Positions 44,816 through 64,000 of a DNA stretch of 64,000 nt are shown here, piece by piece. Within the stretch, counting starts at the first letter, position 1, and every line of letters begins with the position of its first letter. Below the pieces are notes generated by a model that was not told the origin of the DNA, did no database searches, and saw only the letters and a list, made by a program, of their open reading frames with translations. Position numbers and translations under genes: made by a program. The stretch is from Macrostomum lignano. Its lineage: Eukaryota. The stretch is taken from the NCBI GenBank assembly GCA_002269645.1, contig NIVC01000404.1, forward strand, positions 186,001-250,000, in the 5' to 3' direction.

Positions 44816-45350
44816 TGAGTCATCCTGGTTCTTCGGAAAGTTGAGCAAGAATTAAGGGATCTGTACGTGCGTCACCTCTGCATTGCTCTGATTTACAGCT
44901 GCGCATGACTGGAGTGTACAGCTGCTCCATTTCAGCCTTAATTTAGCATGAAAAGGGGCTATAATATATTGCCTATGACGCGCGCTTGAGAAGTTTTTTT
45001 GGCTTGATCAATTAGCTAATATATTAATTGGGGCAAGAAGGCTGAATGGACACTAGCGGGCACGCTTTGATCAATTCGGAGCTATATAAATGGGTAAAGG
45101 CGATTAGGGATATTCGGATATCTGGATAGCTAGGAGGATCATCATAACTACAGGTAAAGTCGAATTAGAAAAGTCAGTTCGGGAAAATATAGAGAAAAAT
45201 GGAGTGACTGAGTGACGGAGTACGTGAGTGAGTGAGTGAGTGACTGCGTGAGTTAATGAGCGTGTTAACGAGTTCATAAATGCAGAATGAGTCACTTGAG
45301 TCAGTCAGCTGTCAATTCATGAGTAAATTCAAGCCAGATCTCATGAGTCA
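44816..45350 (+). promoter_or_regulatory. Candidate promoter/enhancer with TATA box, AP-1 sites and a short first exon
   Basis: TATATAAA at 45083-45090; CAG|GTAAAG donor after 45153; TGAGTCA at 44816, 45288, 45297 and 45344. Confidence 0.3.
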
Positions 45351-45820
45351 TAGTTGATGAGGCCGATTCATGATGCGGCGTTTTCTCCTGAGATCAGACA
45401 TGGCTAAACCGCTCGTATAAATAATTTTACCAAGCATCCTTCAGTATTTATTATTCGACCAACGAACGTACACAACTAACAATATAATCTCATAATCCTT
45501 CTTGGGTGTACAGGCACGCATCAAACGGTTGAGTATACTATATACTAGCCCAGAAGGCACGATCCGAAATGCCACTCATGTGGAGGAGAGATATGATGGT
45601 GCAGGTTCCGGGGCTGCAGCATCTCTGCTGTTGGCTTGATTAAGTTACACTTCACTGTGGAAACTCCTGCGTACAAAAATAGCTCTGAATTCGTCAGATA
45701 ATGAATCCAAATGACATTTTGATAGATGCAAGCATGAATTAATGTTGCACTGGCGAAAGTTGTAAATGGCTTGAAACCCATCCTATCCCATCTCATCTCT
45801 ATCATCTCCATGAGGTGGAA

Positions 45821-46263
45821 GGCGCCAGCACCAGAGGCGCCAGCACCAGAGGCGCCAGCACCAGAGGCGCCAGCACCAGAGGCGCCAGCACCAGAGGCGC
45901 CAGCACCAGAGGCGCCAGCACCAGAGGCGCCAGCACCAGAGGCGCCAGCACCAGAGGCGCCAGCACCAGAGGCGCCAGCACCAGAGGCGCCAGCACCAGA
46001 GGCGCCAGCACCAGAGGCGCCAGCACCAGAGGCGCCAGCACCAGAGGCGCCAGCACCAGAGGCGCCAGCACCAGAGGCGCCAGCACCAGAGGCGCCAGCA
46101 CCAGAGGCGCCAGCACCAGAGGCGCCAGCACCAGAGGCGCCAGCACCAGAGGCGCCAGCACCAGAGGCGCCAGCACCAGAGGCGCCAGCACCAGAGGCGC
46201 CAGCACCAGAGGCGCCAGCACCAGAGGCGCCAGCACCAGAGGCGCCAGCACCAGAGGCGCCAG
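45821..46263. repeat. 15-bp perfect minisatellite GGCGCCAGCACCAGA, 29.5 copies
   Basis: No variant units seen. Confidence 0.98.
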
Positions 46264-46914
46264 AAGTCGGAGTTCTCAAGAAAATTTTTACAACCAGAAA
46301 GTCTTGCATGTAGTTCTGATTTAAAGGGGTAAATAACATTCAATAATTGTGTAGCTAACAACTTTCCATCAGTACAGAACAATATCCATTATTATATTTT
46401 TTACATCGCTACTATGTAAGGTAGCAATTTCTAAACGAAGTGCCTCGCTTTGCTTTTACATGTACATTCCTGCATTAGAAGTCCCTGAGACTCCCTGGGA
46501 GAATTTCTACAGTATGCCAGTAGCTATAGTAGCAGTTAATAGCGCTTAGCAAAAGCAGCACACATGCACACAATGGCATGTTGATAAAGGTACAACAATA
46601 AAATCGCTTAACAAGAGCAACAGTGACGGCAAAACAGAGAGAGGAAAGACAGACAGAGAGAGAGAGGGACGAATGGAAAGCAGCTCAAACCAAGGAGATC
46701 TTAAATAAATAGAAGTCTGGATTGTCAACGCAAAAGGTTTACTAGCTCAATATTATTGGATTTGATTCAGCCTAGCTTTTATTAACTTTGAATTCCACTG
46801 ACTCTTTTTATGCTGAGTAAACTCACCATGGACTCATTGGATAAATTTGTGATTGGTAGTCTTGATATCAAAATAAAACTAAAAGTCTAAAAATTTTGAT
46901 ACTTTCACCCATTC

Positions 46915-47885
46915 ACCGATTTCTCACTGATTCACTGAGTTCTCACTGATTCACTGAGTTCTCACTGATTCACTGAGTTCTCACCGATTCACTGAGTTCT
47001 CACTGATTCACTGAGTTCTCACTGATTCACTGAGTTCTCACTGATTCACTGAGTTCTCACCGATTCACTGGTTGATCACTGATTCACTGATTTCTCACCG
47101 ATTCACTGATTTCTGACTGATTCACTGAAATCTCACTGATGCACTGATTTCTCACTGATTTCTCACCGATTCACTTTGATCATAGATTCACTGGTTTCTC
47201 ACCGATTCACTGAGTTCTCATCGATTCACTGATTTCTCACTGATTTCTCACTGATTTCTCACCGATTCACTTTGATCATAGATTCACTGGTTTCTCACCG
47301 ATTCACTGAGTTCTCATCGATTCACTGATTTCTCACTGATTTCTCACTGATTTCTCACCGATTCACTTTGATCATAGATTCACTGGTTTCTCACCGATTC
47401 ACTGAGTTCTCATCGATTCACTGATTTCTCACTGATTTCTCACTGATTTCTCACCGATTCACTGATTTCTCACTGATTTCTCACTGATTTCTCACCGATT
47501 CACTGATTTCTCACTGATTTCTCACTGATTTCTCACTGATTTCTCACTGATTTCTCACTGATTTCTCACCGATTCACTGAGTTCTCACCGATTCACTGAG
47601 TTCTCACTGACTCACTGAGTTCTCACCGATTCACTGAGTTCTCACCGTTTCACTGAGTTCTCACCGATTCACTGAGTTCTCACCGATTCACTGAGTTCTC
47701 ACCGATTCACTGAGTTCTCACCGATTCACTGAGTTCTCACCGATTCACTGAGTTCTCACCGATTCACTGGTTTCTCGCCGATTCACTGGTTGATCACTGA
47801 TTTACTGAGTTGTCACAGATTCACCGATTTCTCATTGATTCACAGATTTCTCATTGATTCACTGATTTCTCATTTATTCACCAAC
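46915..47885. repeat. ~19-bp minisatellite TTCACTGAGTTCTCACCGA and variants
   Basis: Direct reading. Confidence 0.95.
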
Positions 47886-48542
47886 TGCTCACCCTATACT
47901 TACATGTAATACTATTTTTCCAATAAACAACCAAAAAACATTTCAACCAATCTCACAATTCACCAAGTATGTCCCAATTGACCAACTATACAATTAACAA
48001 TGGTTTTTCTGTACGAACAAACAAAATTTTGTGTCGGGGGGGGCTTTTGCTGGGTGTGGGGAATTAAAAGACAGACCTGCTATAACTAGACATTTATAAA
48101 AAGGTTGGCCTTGGCCATACCAATGAATGATTGGTACTCGTATTGGTAGCGACCGCTCGCTGTATAAAAATAATCGATATTTATAATTTCTATACGTAGA
48201 AGAGCTACGGTTTATCGACCAATGGGACGCCCTCCCACCCCAACTACCCCGATTGAAAGACGCGTATTAACTCCTGCTCTAGGAGGGGGAGAGAGAAAAC
48301 TGCCTTGGAGTCGAAAATTCAACCCAATTCCAGACACGTTCCTTAGTGAAATACTCGCAGTGAGCACTAGCTGTGTTGGTTGAAACTCTATATATTTCCA
48401 AACTTCAATTCGAAAAATTAATCCCAATTCGGGAATTTCTTGAAGAGAAAAATCCCCATAGGGATATATATCTAGGCATCGAGACAGGCTTCACAGAATC
48501 CAAAGCTTTTCGAGGCTTAACTTTCTAAGAAAACCTGCGTAT

Positions 48543-48550
48543 TATAAAAG
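48543..48550 (+). promoter_or_regulatory. TATA-like box upstream of the candidate first exon
   Basis: TATAAAAG lies about 70 nt upstream of a GTGAGT donor; a CCAAT is present near 48220. Motif match only. Confidence 0.3.
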
Positions 48551-48569
48551 TGAACGAAGCGAATTCGTC

Positions 48570-48621
48570 ATGATTAAAAGTAGGTCAACTTTGGCTATTC
48601 AACCAGCGCGGCCGAGAAGAA
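48570..48621 (+). CDS. Candidate first coding exon of the NPxTG-repeat gene (MIKSRSTLAIQPARPRR)
   Basis: ATG at 48570 and a strong GTGAGT donor in phase 1 match the downstream exons. A TATAAAAG at 48543 is so close that this ATG may sit at the transcription start. Confidence 0.45.
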
Positions 48622-48624
48622 GTG

Positions 48625-49570
48625 AGTCACTGATTTCTCACATCGATTCACTGATCTCTCACATCGATTCACTGATTTCTCACATCGATTCACTGATCTC
48701 TCACATCGATTCACTGATTTCTCACATCGATTCACTGATTTCTCACACCGATTCACTGATTTCTCACACCGATTCACTGATTTGATTTCTCACATCGATT
48801 CACTGATTTCTCACATCGATTCACTGATTTCTCACATCGATTCACTGATTTCTCACATCGATTCACTGATTTCTCACATCGATTCACTGATTTCTCACAT
48901 CGATTCACTGATTTCTCACATCGATTCACTGATTTCTCACATCGATTCACTGATTTCTCACATCGATTCACTGATTTCTCACACCGATTCACTGATTTCT
49001 CACACCGATTCACTGATTTGATTTCTCACATCGATTCACTGATTTCTCACATCGATTCACTGATTTCTCACATCGATTCACTGATCTCTCACATCGATTC
49101 ACTGATTTCTCACACCGATTCACTGATTTCTCACACCGATTCACTGATTTGATTTCTCACATCGATTCACTGATTTCTCACATCGATTCACTGATTTCTC
49201 ACATCGATTCACTGATTTCTCACATCGATTCACTGATTTCTCACATCGATTCACTGATTTCTCACATCGATTCACTGATTTCTCACACCGATTCACTGAT
49301 TTCTCACACCGATTCACTGATTTGATTTCTCACATCGATTCACTGATTTCTCACATCGATTCACTGATTTCTCACATCGATTCACTGATTTCTCACATCG
49401 ATTCACTGATTTCTCACATCGATTCACTGATTTCTCACATCGATTCACTGATTTCTCACATCGATTCACTGATTTCTCACATCGATTCACTGATTTCTCA
49501 CATCGATTCACTGACTTCTCTAATCGGTTCACTGATTTCTCACATCGATTCACTGATTTCTCTTACCGAA
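48625..49570. repeat. 21-bp minisatellite TCACTGATTTCTCACATCGAT
   Basis: Related to the 46915-47885 array; higher-order blocks present. Confidence 0.97.
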
Positions 49571-50246
49571 TCGACTATTTTTCACAAATGTTAAATACTT
49601 CACACTCATTGGTGTCAGAATTCACAAATGTCACTATTCATGAGAAAAGACCACAATTCATCAACGTTTTCATTCGCTATTTTTCATGCCAATACTCGTA
49701 TCTAAATCCTATATACTAAAAATGAGTTGTCTGTATGTATGGTATATGGGTATGCGATTTTACATACCTACCCATAAATTTGTGAGTTTTATTAAACTTC
49801 ACAAATCCGACTAGCAAAATCAATCGTATTAATTAAATCGGTCTCGCGAAGATTCATACTATTTAATAAAATATCAGATATCGTCAGCTGCATGCAGTGT
49901 GTGTTTGTGTCACCAGCTGTCGAGAGAAAATTGAGAGATTGCAGGATGATGTATTTTCAAGCCAGACAAAGAGCAAAAGCCACATGCTAGCATACATGGT
50001 GAGTCGAAAAAATGATTGATGGATTCTACGTTGTACTATTAGACTCAATCAGCTCAAAGTTATACATCAAGCATAGGAGAGAATGTATGAAATTACTATA
50101 AAGGAATATAATTGATGGAGGACGGCTTAACTTACAGAATTATAGCCAGACAGATTTTCACTAAGTATCAGCATTATGTTTATGCTTATGCAGACACAAT
50201 AACATCACAAATCTATACAGGTCGAATTATAACAACTTAATTTTGT

Positions 50247-50785
<539 letters not shown>

Positions 50786-51238
50786 ATAAAGTACAATTCA
50801 ACACACCAATACAAATGCAAATAAGATATTTTCTGTAGCAAAGGACTCACTTCACTATACAGCACTCAGTTCTATTCCCAAACCGCCACATCAATCTATC
50901 CAAGCCCCTCCCAGACTGGGTCTGCTCGCTGGGTCGTCCGACCGAGTTCGTTCCATCGTTTTTAGCGCCAGACAGACAGAGTGCAGGGAGAAATGAAGAG
51001 CAGAAAGGAGATAGAGAGTAAAAAAACATATAGATATATATAAAATTTTATCCCGTCGTCTGCTGGGACAGATCATTAATCTGAGATCCTGATCTTTGAT
51101 GCTTTATGTGCGTCTGTCCCCTATTTCATAATTCGTTCATCTCATGATTTGGTTCTGTAATGTATTTAGCTTGCTAATCTTATATTCGGCTATAAAATTA
51201 ATTAGTAGCTTATTTTTCAGATGAGATTAGTGCAATTT

Positions 51239-51645
<407 letters not shown>

Positions 51646-51656
51646 TGCAATTTCAG

Positions 51657-58263
<6,607 letters not shown>

Positions 58264-60145
58264 TTGGATCGTAGCTGAAGACTCTTGGTAATGTTTGTGA
58301 TCAAAAAGTAAAGGAACAAAAATATTGTTTGTCAGAATGAGTCTGCAGTTCGATTTTTAGTCTTCGTTGCAAAGTAATAAATTCTTCTAACCGCTTCGCC
58401 TATGTTATATATAGCTACACTTAAATTTTCGAACATGAAAGCTTTTATCTGCAAAGTTCCATTACAAAGGACAGAGGGCATCCACTGCTACGGTAATACG
58501 CCTGTTTACACCGCAAACAGCAATTCCATTTAAGTTGAGCCTAGTTGACAAAAGTTTAATCCTCTTTCCTCAAATCAAATCACACAGATCCGTTATCATG
58601 ATCTTTTTTGTAAACTAGACCGTACTGTATAAAAGTAACAATAAATATCATTAATTTCTCCGGTGTTGGTAAACCTTCCGCTTTATAGGCATAAACGAAA
58701 ACAAAATACTTCACCTATTAGATAATTGTCTAGACAGTATATCAGCTTTTATTGGCGTCGTGCTTTTGAGCAGCTTTATTTGTTTTTAACTCGCTCACAT
58801 TTCATACTTCAGCTTCCAGTTTAATTTGTTTTATTTAGTGTTTTTTTGTTATAAACGGTTCGAATTATCGGCGTTTCGATTTTTAAAGCTTTTCTAATTT
58901 TAACTTTTTCTGCTGATTTGCTTTGGCAATAGCTAATATACATTTTTAAATGCAATTTTTATTTGAATTCTATTCAAGGCTGGTTGTTCACTACCTACTG
59001 AATCACTGCATAAGTATAAATAATTCTGCTTCCTACTCCTTCCAAACAAACAAAATATATAAATTTATTGTTTGTTTGTTTGTTTGTTTGTTTGTTAAAA
59101 CAAAACAAATTGTTTGTTAAATTATATCTGCTGAACAATTAGTAAACTTTTATGATATTTTTAAATGCTGCTATTTATTTGCTAATTTTTATAGTGTTGT
59201 AGGCTGTACTACTGTAACGTATTTCTTAGCCAGTTTTTGATTAAATTTTCTCTAAGCGCTGCGCTGTAGCTTTAATTAACCGCCTTTTTTGTTTCAAACT
59301 TTTCACTCGATGTTAAAGTTTATTATGGCGAACATTCTATTAATACGCTTTGCTGTTCAAACTTTAATAAATTGGCGTGAAAAAAACAAAATTATATATT
59401 TTATTAAATATCGCTTCTGGGTTTCCAAAATTTACAACTTAGTTTTAAAAGCAAAAACAAACAAACAAAGGAGCTTCGTTCTACATTACTGAAAGTAGAT
59501 AAGCGCATGCAAATTATGCTGCTCACCCTTTTAGGACATTAGGACAGACGCTCTCTTAATATTTAATGTTGCGAAAAAAAACAAAAATAGCTATTTATAG
59601 CTATAAATCGAGCTTAAATGAGCGGAAAACGTGCTCTCGGCTGAATGTCCGTCGTACAGTTATAATAAATTCAACTATTGAATTTATTAATTAGTTTATT
59701 AATAATTTATTAATTACTAGTAGTAAATGCTACTTGCTGGAAATTAGCATTCGAATTCTATGATTCCAAAATCCGATTTGAGAACAATAATCAGAACTGA
59801 AGCAGTCTATAGCTAATATCTGAATCTATAACAGTCTACATGTACGCTCGCAGATTGAGTGTAGTTAACATGTAGAATAGTAAGAATTACCACATAGAAA
59901 TAATAAATTTCGAAGATCTACATGTACTGTAACTGCAAAAATTAAAAAAAGTAGATGTACTTTAGTTAACAAAAGATTATAACAATAATATCTTTATTGT
60001 TACGTTAAAAATATCGTCGAAACAAACATATCGATCACTTTCATAAGCTTCACATCTCGTCAAAATCGTCGAAGTCGTTTGAGTTGTGAGATACTGGACA
60101 AGTAAGACACTAGATCTTTGACAATGTGAAACTTCGCACTTGGCG

Positions 60146-60432
60146 CCCCTTGGTGCTATAAAGCCCCTTGGTGCTAAAGCCCCTTGGTGCTAAAAAGCCC
60201 CTTGGTGCTAAAGCCCTTGGTGCTAAAGCCCCTTGGTGCTAAAGCCCCTTGGTGCTAAAGCCCTTGGTGCTAAAGCCCCTTGGTGCTAAAGCCCTTGGTG
60301 CTAAAGCCCTTGGTGCTAAAGCCCCTTGGTGCTAAAGCCCCTTGGTGCTAAAGCCCCTTGGTGCTAAAGCCCTTGGTGCTAAAGCCCCTTGGTGCTAAAG
60401 CCCCTTGGTGCTAAAGCCCATTGGTGCTAAAG
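60146..60432. repeat. 16-17-bp minisatellite GCCC(C)TTGGTGCTAAA
   Basis: Direct reading. Confidence 0.95.
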
Positions 60433-60487
60433 CAATAAAGAAACTTGGCAACGCCCCTGAACAAATCTGTCAGTTATATAGATTACA

Positions 60488-60763
60488 AAATAAATTAAGA
60501 CTGCAAAATAAATTAAGACTGCAAAATAAATTAAGACTGCAAAATAAATTAAGACTGCAAAATAAATTAAGACTGCAAAATAAATTAAGACTGCAAAATA
60601 AATTAAGACTGCAAAATAAATTAAGACTGCAAAATAAATTAAGACTGCAAAATAAATTAAGACTGCAAAATAAATTAAGACTGCAAAATAAATTAAGACT
60701 GCAAAATAAATTAAGATCAATCATAAGGTCTTAATTGATTTTGCAGTCTTAATTTATTTTGCA
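60488..60763. repeat. 18-bp array (AAAATAAATTAAGACTGC)x13 followed by two inverted copies
   Basis: Thirteen direct copies to about 60717; inverted copies at about 60729-60763. Confidence 0.96.
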
Positions 60764-63700
60764 CCACGGTGCAGATAAATGCCGCTACCTCCTCGTGGTG
60801 AGAGTGGAGAGCGCGCTTAACTGCTGCGGCGGCCAAATGCGGCAGGACCAAGCGAGGGCAGCGGAGCGCGCGTCGGCGAGTTGAACGCCGTCGCGAGCGA
60901 AACTGGCGAGGTCGGCAACGTGGCGCCGCCCGCCGAGCTGCTGCTGCGCTGGCCCAATTGGATCTTCCGGGTGGCGCCGGGACCATGAGGCTCACCAGCA
61001 TCGAGCCCCAGCCGTACCAGAAGGCACGCTTCGGGTCGGGACGCTGAACTGCCGCACTCTCAAGGCCACATGGCGGAGAGGGCTGCTGGCGAGGCTAGCG
61101 CTCGACCTCAGCTGTGATGTCATCGCACTACAGGAGGTGTCTATCAGAGCCGACCCCGGACTTCACTGTGAGGACCTGGGCGCCGGTTGGACACTCTGGT
61201 ACACCTCAGCGGATGAGCGAGGCCGTGGAGGAGTTGGAGCGCTGATCGGACCGAGGCTGCAGCAGAGCTGTCGCTGCATCTCCCTGTCTTCTCGCTGCTT
61301 CGGGTCGACGTCCGGCTTCGCGGCCGGAACACCCGCCTGTTCTGCGCGTATGCGCCGCCTGCTACCCGCTCCGATGAGGCTCAGGCCTTCTTCGAGCAAC
61401 TCTCGGTGCGGGTGGAGGAGATGGCGCAACGTGACACAGTGGTCATTCTCGGAGACCTGAACGCAGTTCTGCGTAGGTCCGAGCGATCGCTGTTTGTGAC
61501 AGCGCGCGAGAACGGCAACACCGGAGCGCTAGAGGACTTCCTGGAGAGACAGGACATGGTGTCGGCCAACACCAGATTCCGCAAGTCACCGGGCAGGCTC
61601 GCGACCTTCGTGGGCTGCAAGCGGAGGCGGCGGAACCGCGCGGCCGGAACGCTACGCGGAGGCTGGCACAGCTCGACCACGTGCTTGTGCGCTTTCGTGA
61701 GCGCCGCCGCGTCACCAACTGCCACACCATTACGCCGCTGGCTCTGCGGTCCGACCATCGGCTGCTCATCTGCGACCTTCGGCTTCGGGACCCGCTCTAC
61801 CGTCCGCCAAAGCGGCCACCGCGGCGCTACTACGCGCGCTCAGGGACGCCGAGACGCGACGTCGCTTTGCCGGTGCCTTTGTCACTGCGCTGGGCGACAA
61901 GCGTGGAGGAGCCGAGTACGCGGAGGTGAGCGCTGCAGTTCGAGCCGCTGCGGAGCAAGCAGTCCCGCTGATGCGACCGGCCCAGCGCGGGCAGCCGGTC
62001 TGGCAGGACGACCCCGCGATCGACGAAGCGAGGGAAGATCTGGAGAGGCTCCGACTGAGTGGGCGGCCAACTCGCGAGGCGGAGGAGGCTCTGGCGGCTG
62101 TCTACCTGCAGCGGCAGCAGTCCGCTGTCGATGACGCCATCCAAGCCGTCTCTGCCGCAGGCCCGATGCCAGAGGGCGCTTGGCCTGGTCCGCCATCAAC
62201 ACTCTGACGGGGCGAAAGCGCGCATCGCGCTCAACCTGGCAGGCGACACTCCGGATGAGCGCAGGAACGAGCTGCGCGAGTTCTTCGCCGCCATTGTCAA
62301 CGCGCCGCCCCCTCCGCTTCCAGAAAATCTGAGGCTGCCGCCGGAGACGCCGTTGCCGGCGGAGGAGAGCTTCAATGTTGCCCCAGTCAGCACAGCCGAC
62401 GTTGTGAAGTTCGCTCGGCAGTCGCCGGGCGGCAAAGCGCTTGGTCCGGACGAGGTGCCCACCGAGGCGCTGCGGATCCACTGCGTGGCCACTGAGGTCG
62501 CCAGAGTGATGAACCGCGTGCTTTCGGTGAGGTGGCGCCAAACGAATGGACCACGGCGCACATCGTCGCCATTCCAAAGAAGCCGGGCACCACCAAGCTC
62601 GAGGAGCATCGAGGCATCTGCCTACAGTCCTGCGCCGCGAAGCTGTTCAACCGCATGCGCTATCGCGGTTACAGCCTGTGCTGGACCCGTACCTGCGACC
62701 TGAGCAGAACGGATTCCGGCCCCATCGCGGCACAGTGACGCAGATCCTGCTCTTCGACGAGTCATCGAGGAGGCGCGCATCCGCCAGTTGACCCTGATCC
62801 TGATCTTCGTCGATTTCAGGAAGGCTTTCGACTCGGTCGTGAGGGACGCGCTCCCAGAGGTGCTCCGTGCGTACAACGTGCCAGAGCTGCTGATTTCTGC
62901 TGTCATGGCGCTGTACCACGGCACGACGGCTGCTGTCTCAACACCGGACGGCCTATCGGATTTCTTCGAGACATCCTCCGGGGTGCTCCAGGGAGATACG
63001 CTAGCGCCGTTCCTATTTATTCTGGTGCTTGACTGGGTGCTACGGACTGCTCTGCCTTCCAACGACGACGGCTTCCTGCTGCGGCGACGCGTGGGTCGAC
63101 GCCAACCGGAGAGACGGCTCAGCGTGCTTGGCTACGCCGATGACCTCGCCCTGCTGTCCTCGACCGTCGAGGGCGCCCAACGACAGCTGGATAGGCTGGT
63201 TGCCGTTGCGGCGAGCGTCGGCCTGGTGGTCAACACGCAGAAGACCGTCGTGCTATGCGTGCCGGACGACACCGAGGCTGCAATCTTCTGCCGAGGCGCT
63301 GACGGACAGGCGAGTGAGCTTCCAAGATGTCAGCAGTTCGTCTACCTCGGCGGTCTGGTTCCCGACGTCCGCGAGGATCTGCGGCGTCGCCGAGGACTTG
63401 CTTGGGCTGCCTTTCGTTCTATAAGGTCAGTCCTGCAGTCCGAGGCCCTACCGGACCGCCAGAGGGCGGCGCTGTTCCAGGCGTGATCGAGACCGTCCTG
63501 TTATAGAACGCCGAGACCTGGACGCTGACAGACTCGCTCGAGGCTCAAGTCGACGCGGCGCACGCTGGCCTGCTGCGCGCCGCCTTCAAGATCGGCAACG
63601 AGCGAGTCACCAACACGGCGCTCTATCATCGCGCCGGCCTGGCCCGTCCTAGCGATCTGCTGCGCCGTCGGCGACTCCAGCTGGCAGGCCACGTCATCCG

Positions 63701-63926
63701 CGCCGAGGCCTACTGTCCGGAGCCGGTGCAGGAGGTGCTGCTACTTACGTTGCAGGCACCCTACCGGCGGGACAGGCGAAGTCTCGGCGCTACGTCGACT
63801 GTCTGCTGGCTGACGCCGGCGCCCGGACTCTGCCGGCGGTGCGGCTTTTGTTCGCGCCCAAGCTTTGAAGCGCGCCATCTGACGCTGCTTTTGTGAACTG
63901 GCAGCGTACTCTGTTGTTGCTGTTGT
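60488..63926 (+). mobile_element. Near full-length RTE-like non-LTR retrotransposon (APE endonuclease + RT, no ORF1), frameshifted
   Basis: EN motifs: GTLNCRTL, DVIALQE, GGVG, ILGDLNA, SANTRF, LDHVL, SDHRLL. RT motifs: QNGFRPHRGT, FVDFRKAFDSV, GVLQGDTLAPFLF, GYADDLALL, FVYLGG. ORF stop at 63880-63882 and a (TGT)n tail. An 11-bp direct repeat TATAGATTACA lies at 60477-60487 and 63927-63937. About ten single-base frameshifts and one TAG at 63504. Confidence 0.93.
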
Positions 63927-64000
63927 TATAGATTACACCTGGCCCAGAAAGCCTAACTCACATGGATTGAGTATTAGGATGCCGAAAATGCAGGCTTGAT

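Noticed and set aside
50851-51029. Minus-strand exon-like segment ending at a GTGAGT donor
   Set aside because: No recognisable product or partner exons; antisense to the NPxTG gene.

Overview
Eukaryotic (animal) genomic DNA with short GT-AG exons and introns largely filled by micro/minisatellites. The style resembles a repeat-rich flatworm long-read assembly such as Macrostomum, but the species cannot be proven from sequence. Almost all long ORFs in the supplied track are repeat artefacts. Manual splice reconstruction gives three genes. (1) A voltage-gated proton channel (Hv/HVCN1 family), minus strand, 3' end outside the window; S4 has only two arginines (LLWRIVR) and the S1-S2 loop is about 100 aa. 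(2) A complete type I PI4P 5-kinase (PIP5K1), minus strand, with two single-base frameshifts that are probably assembly errors and a 38-nt frame-switching penultimate exon. (3) An unannotated plus-strand protein of about 444 aa with 10-11 [ND]P[IL]TG repeats, carried on symmetric phase-1 exons (Jupiter/microtubule-associated-like). Mobile DNA: a TSD-flanked 3.4-kb RTE-like LINE whose 5' end is a satellite array, a second RTE-like RT fragment with an internal 52-bp tandem expansion, a tRNA/CORE-like SINE, a solo LTR with a 4-bp TSD, a decayed Merlin (IS1595-like) transposase, and MITE-like palindromes. No rRNA, true tRNA gene or CRISPR array was seen.
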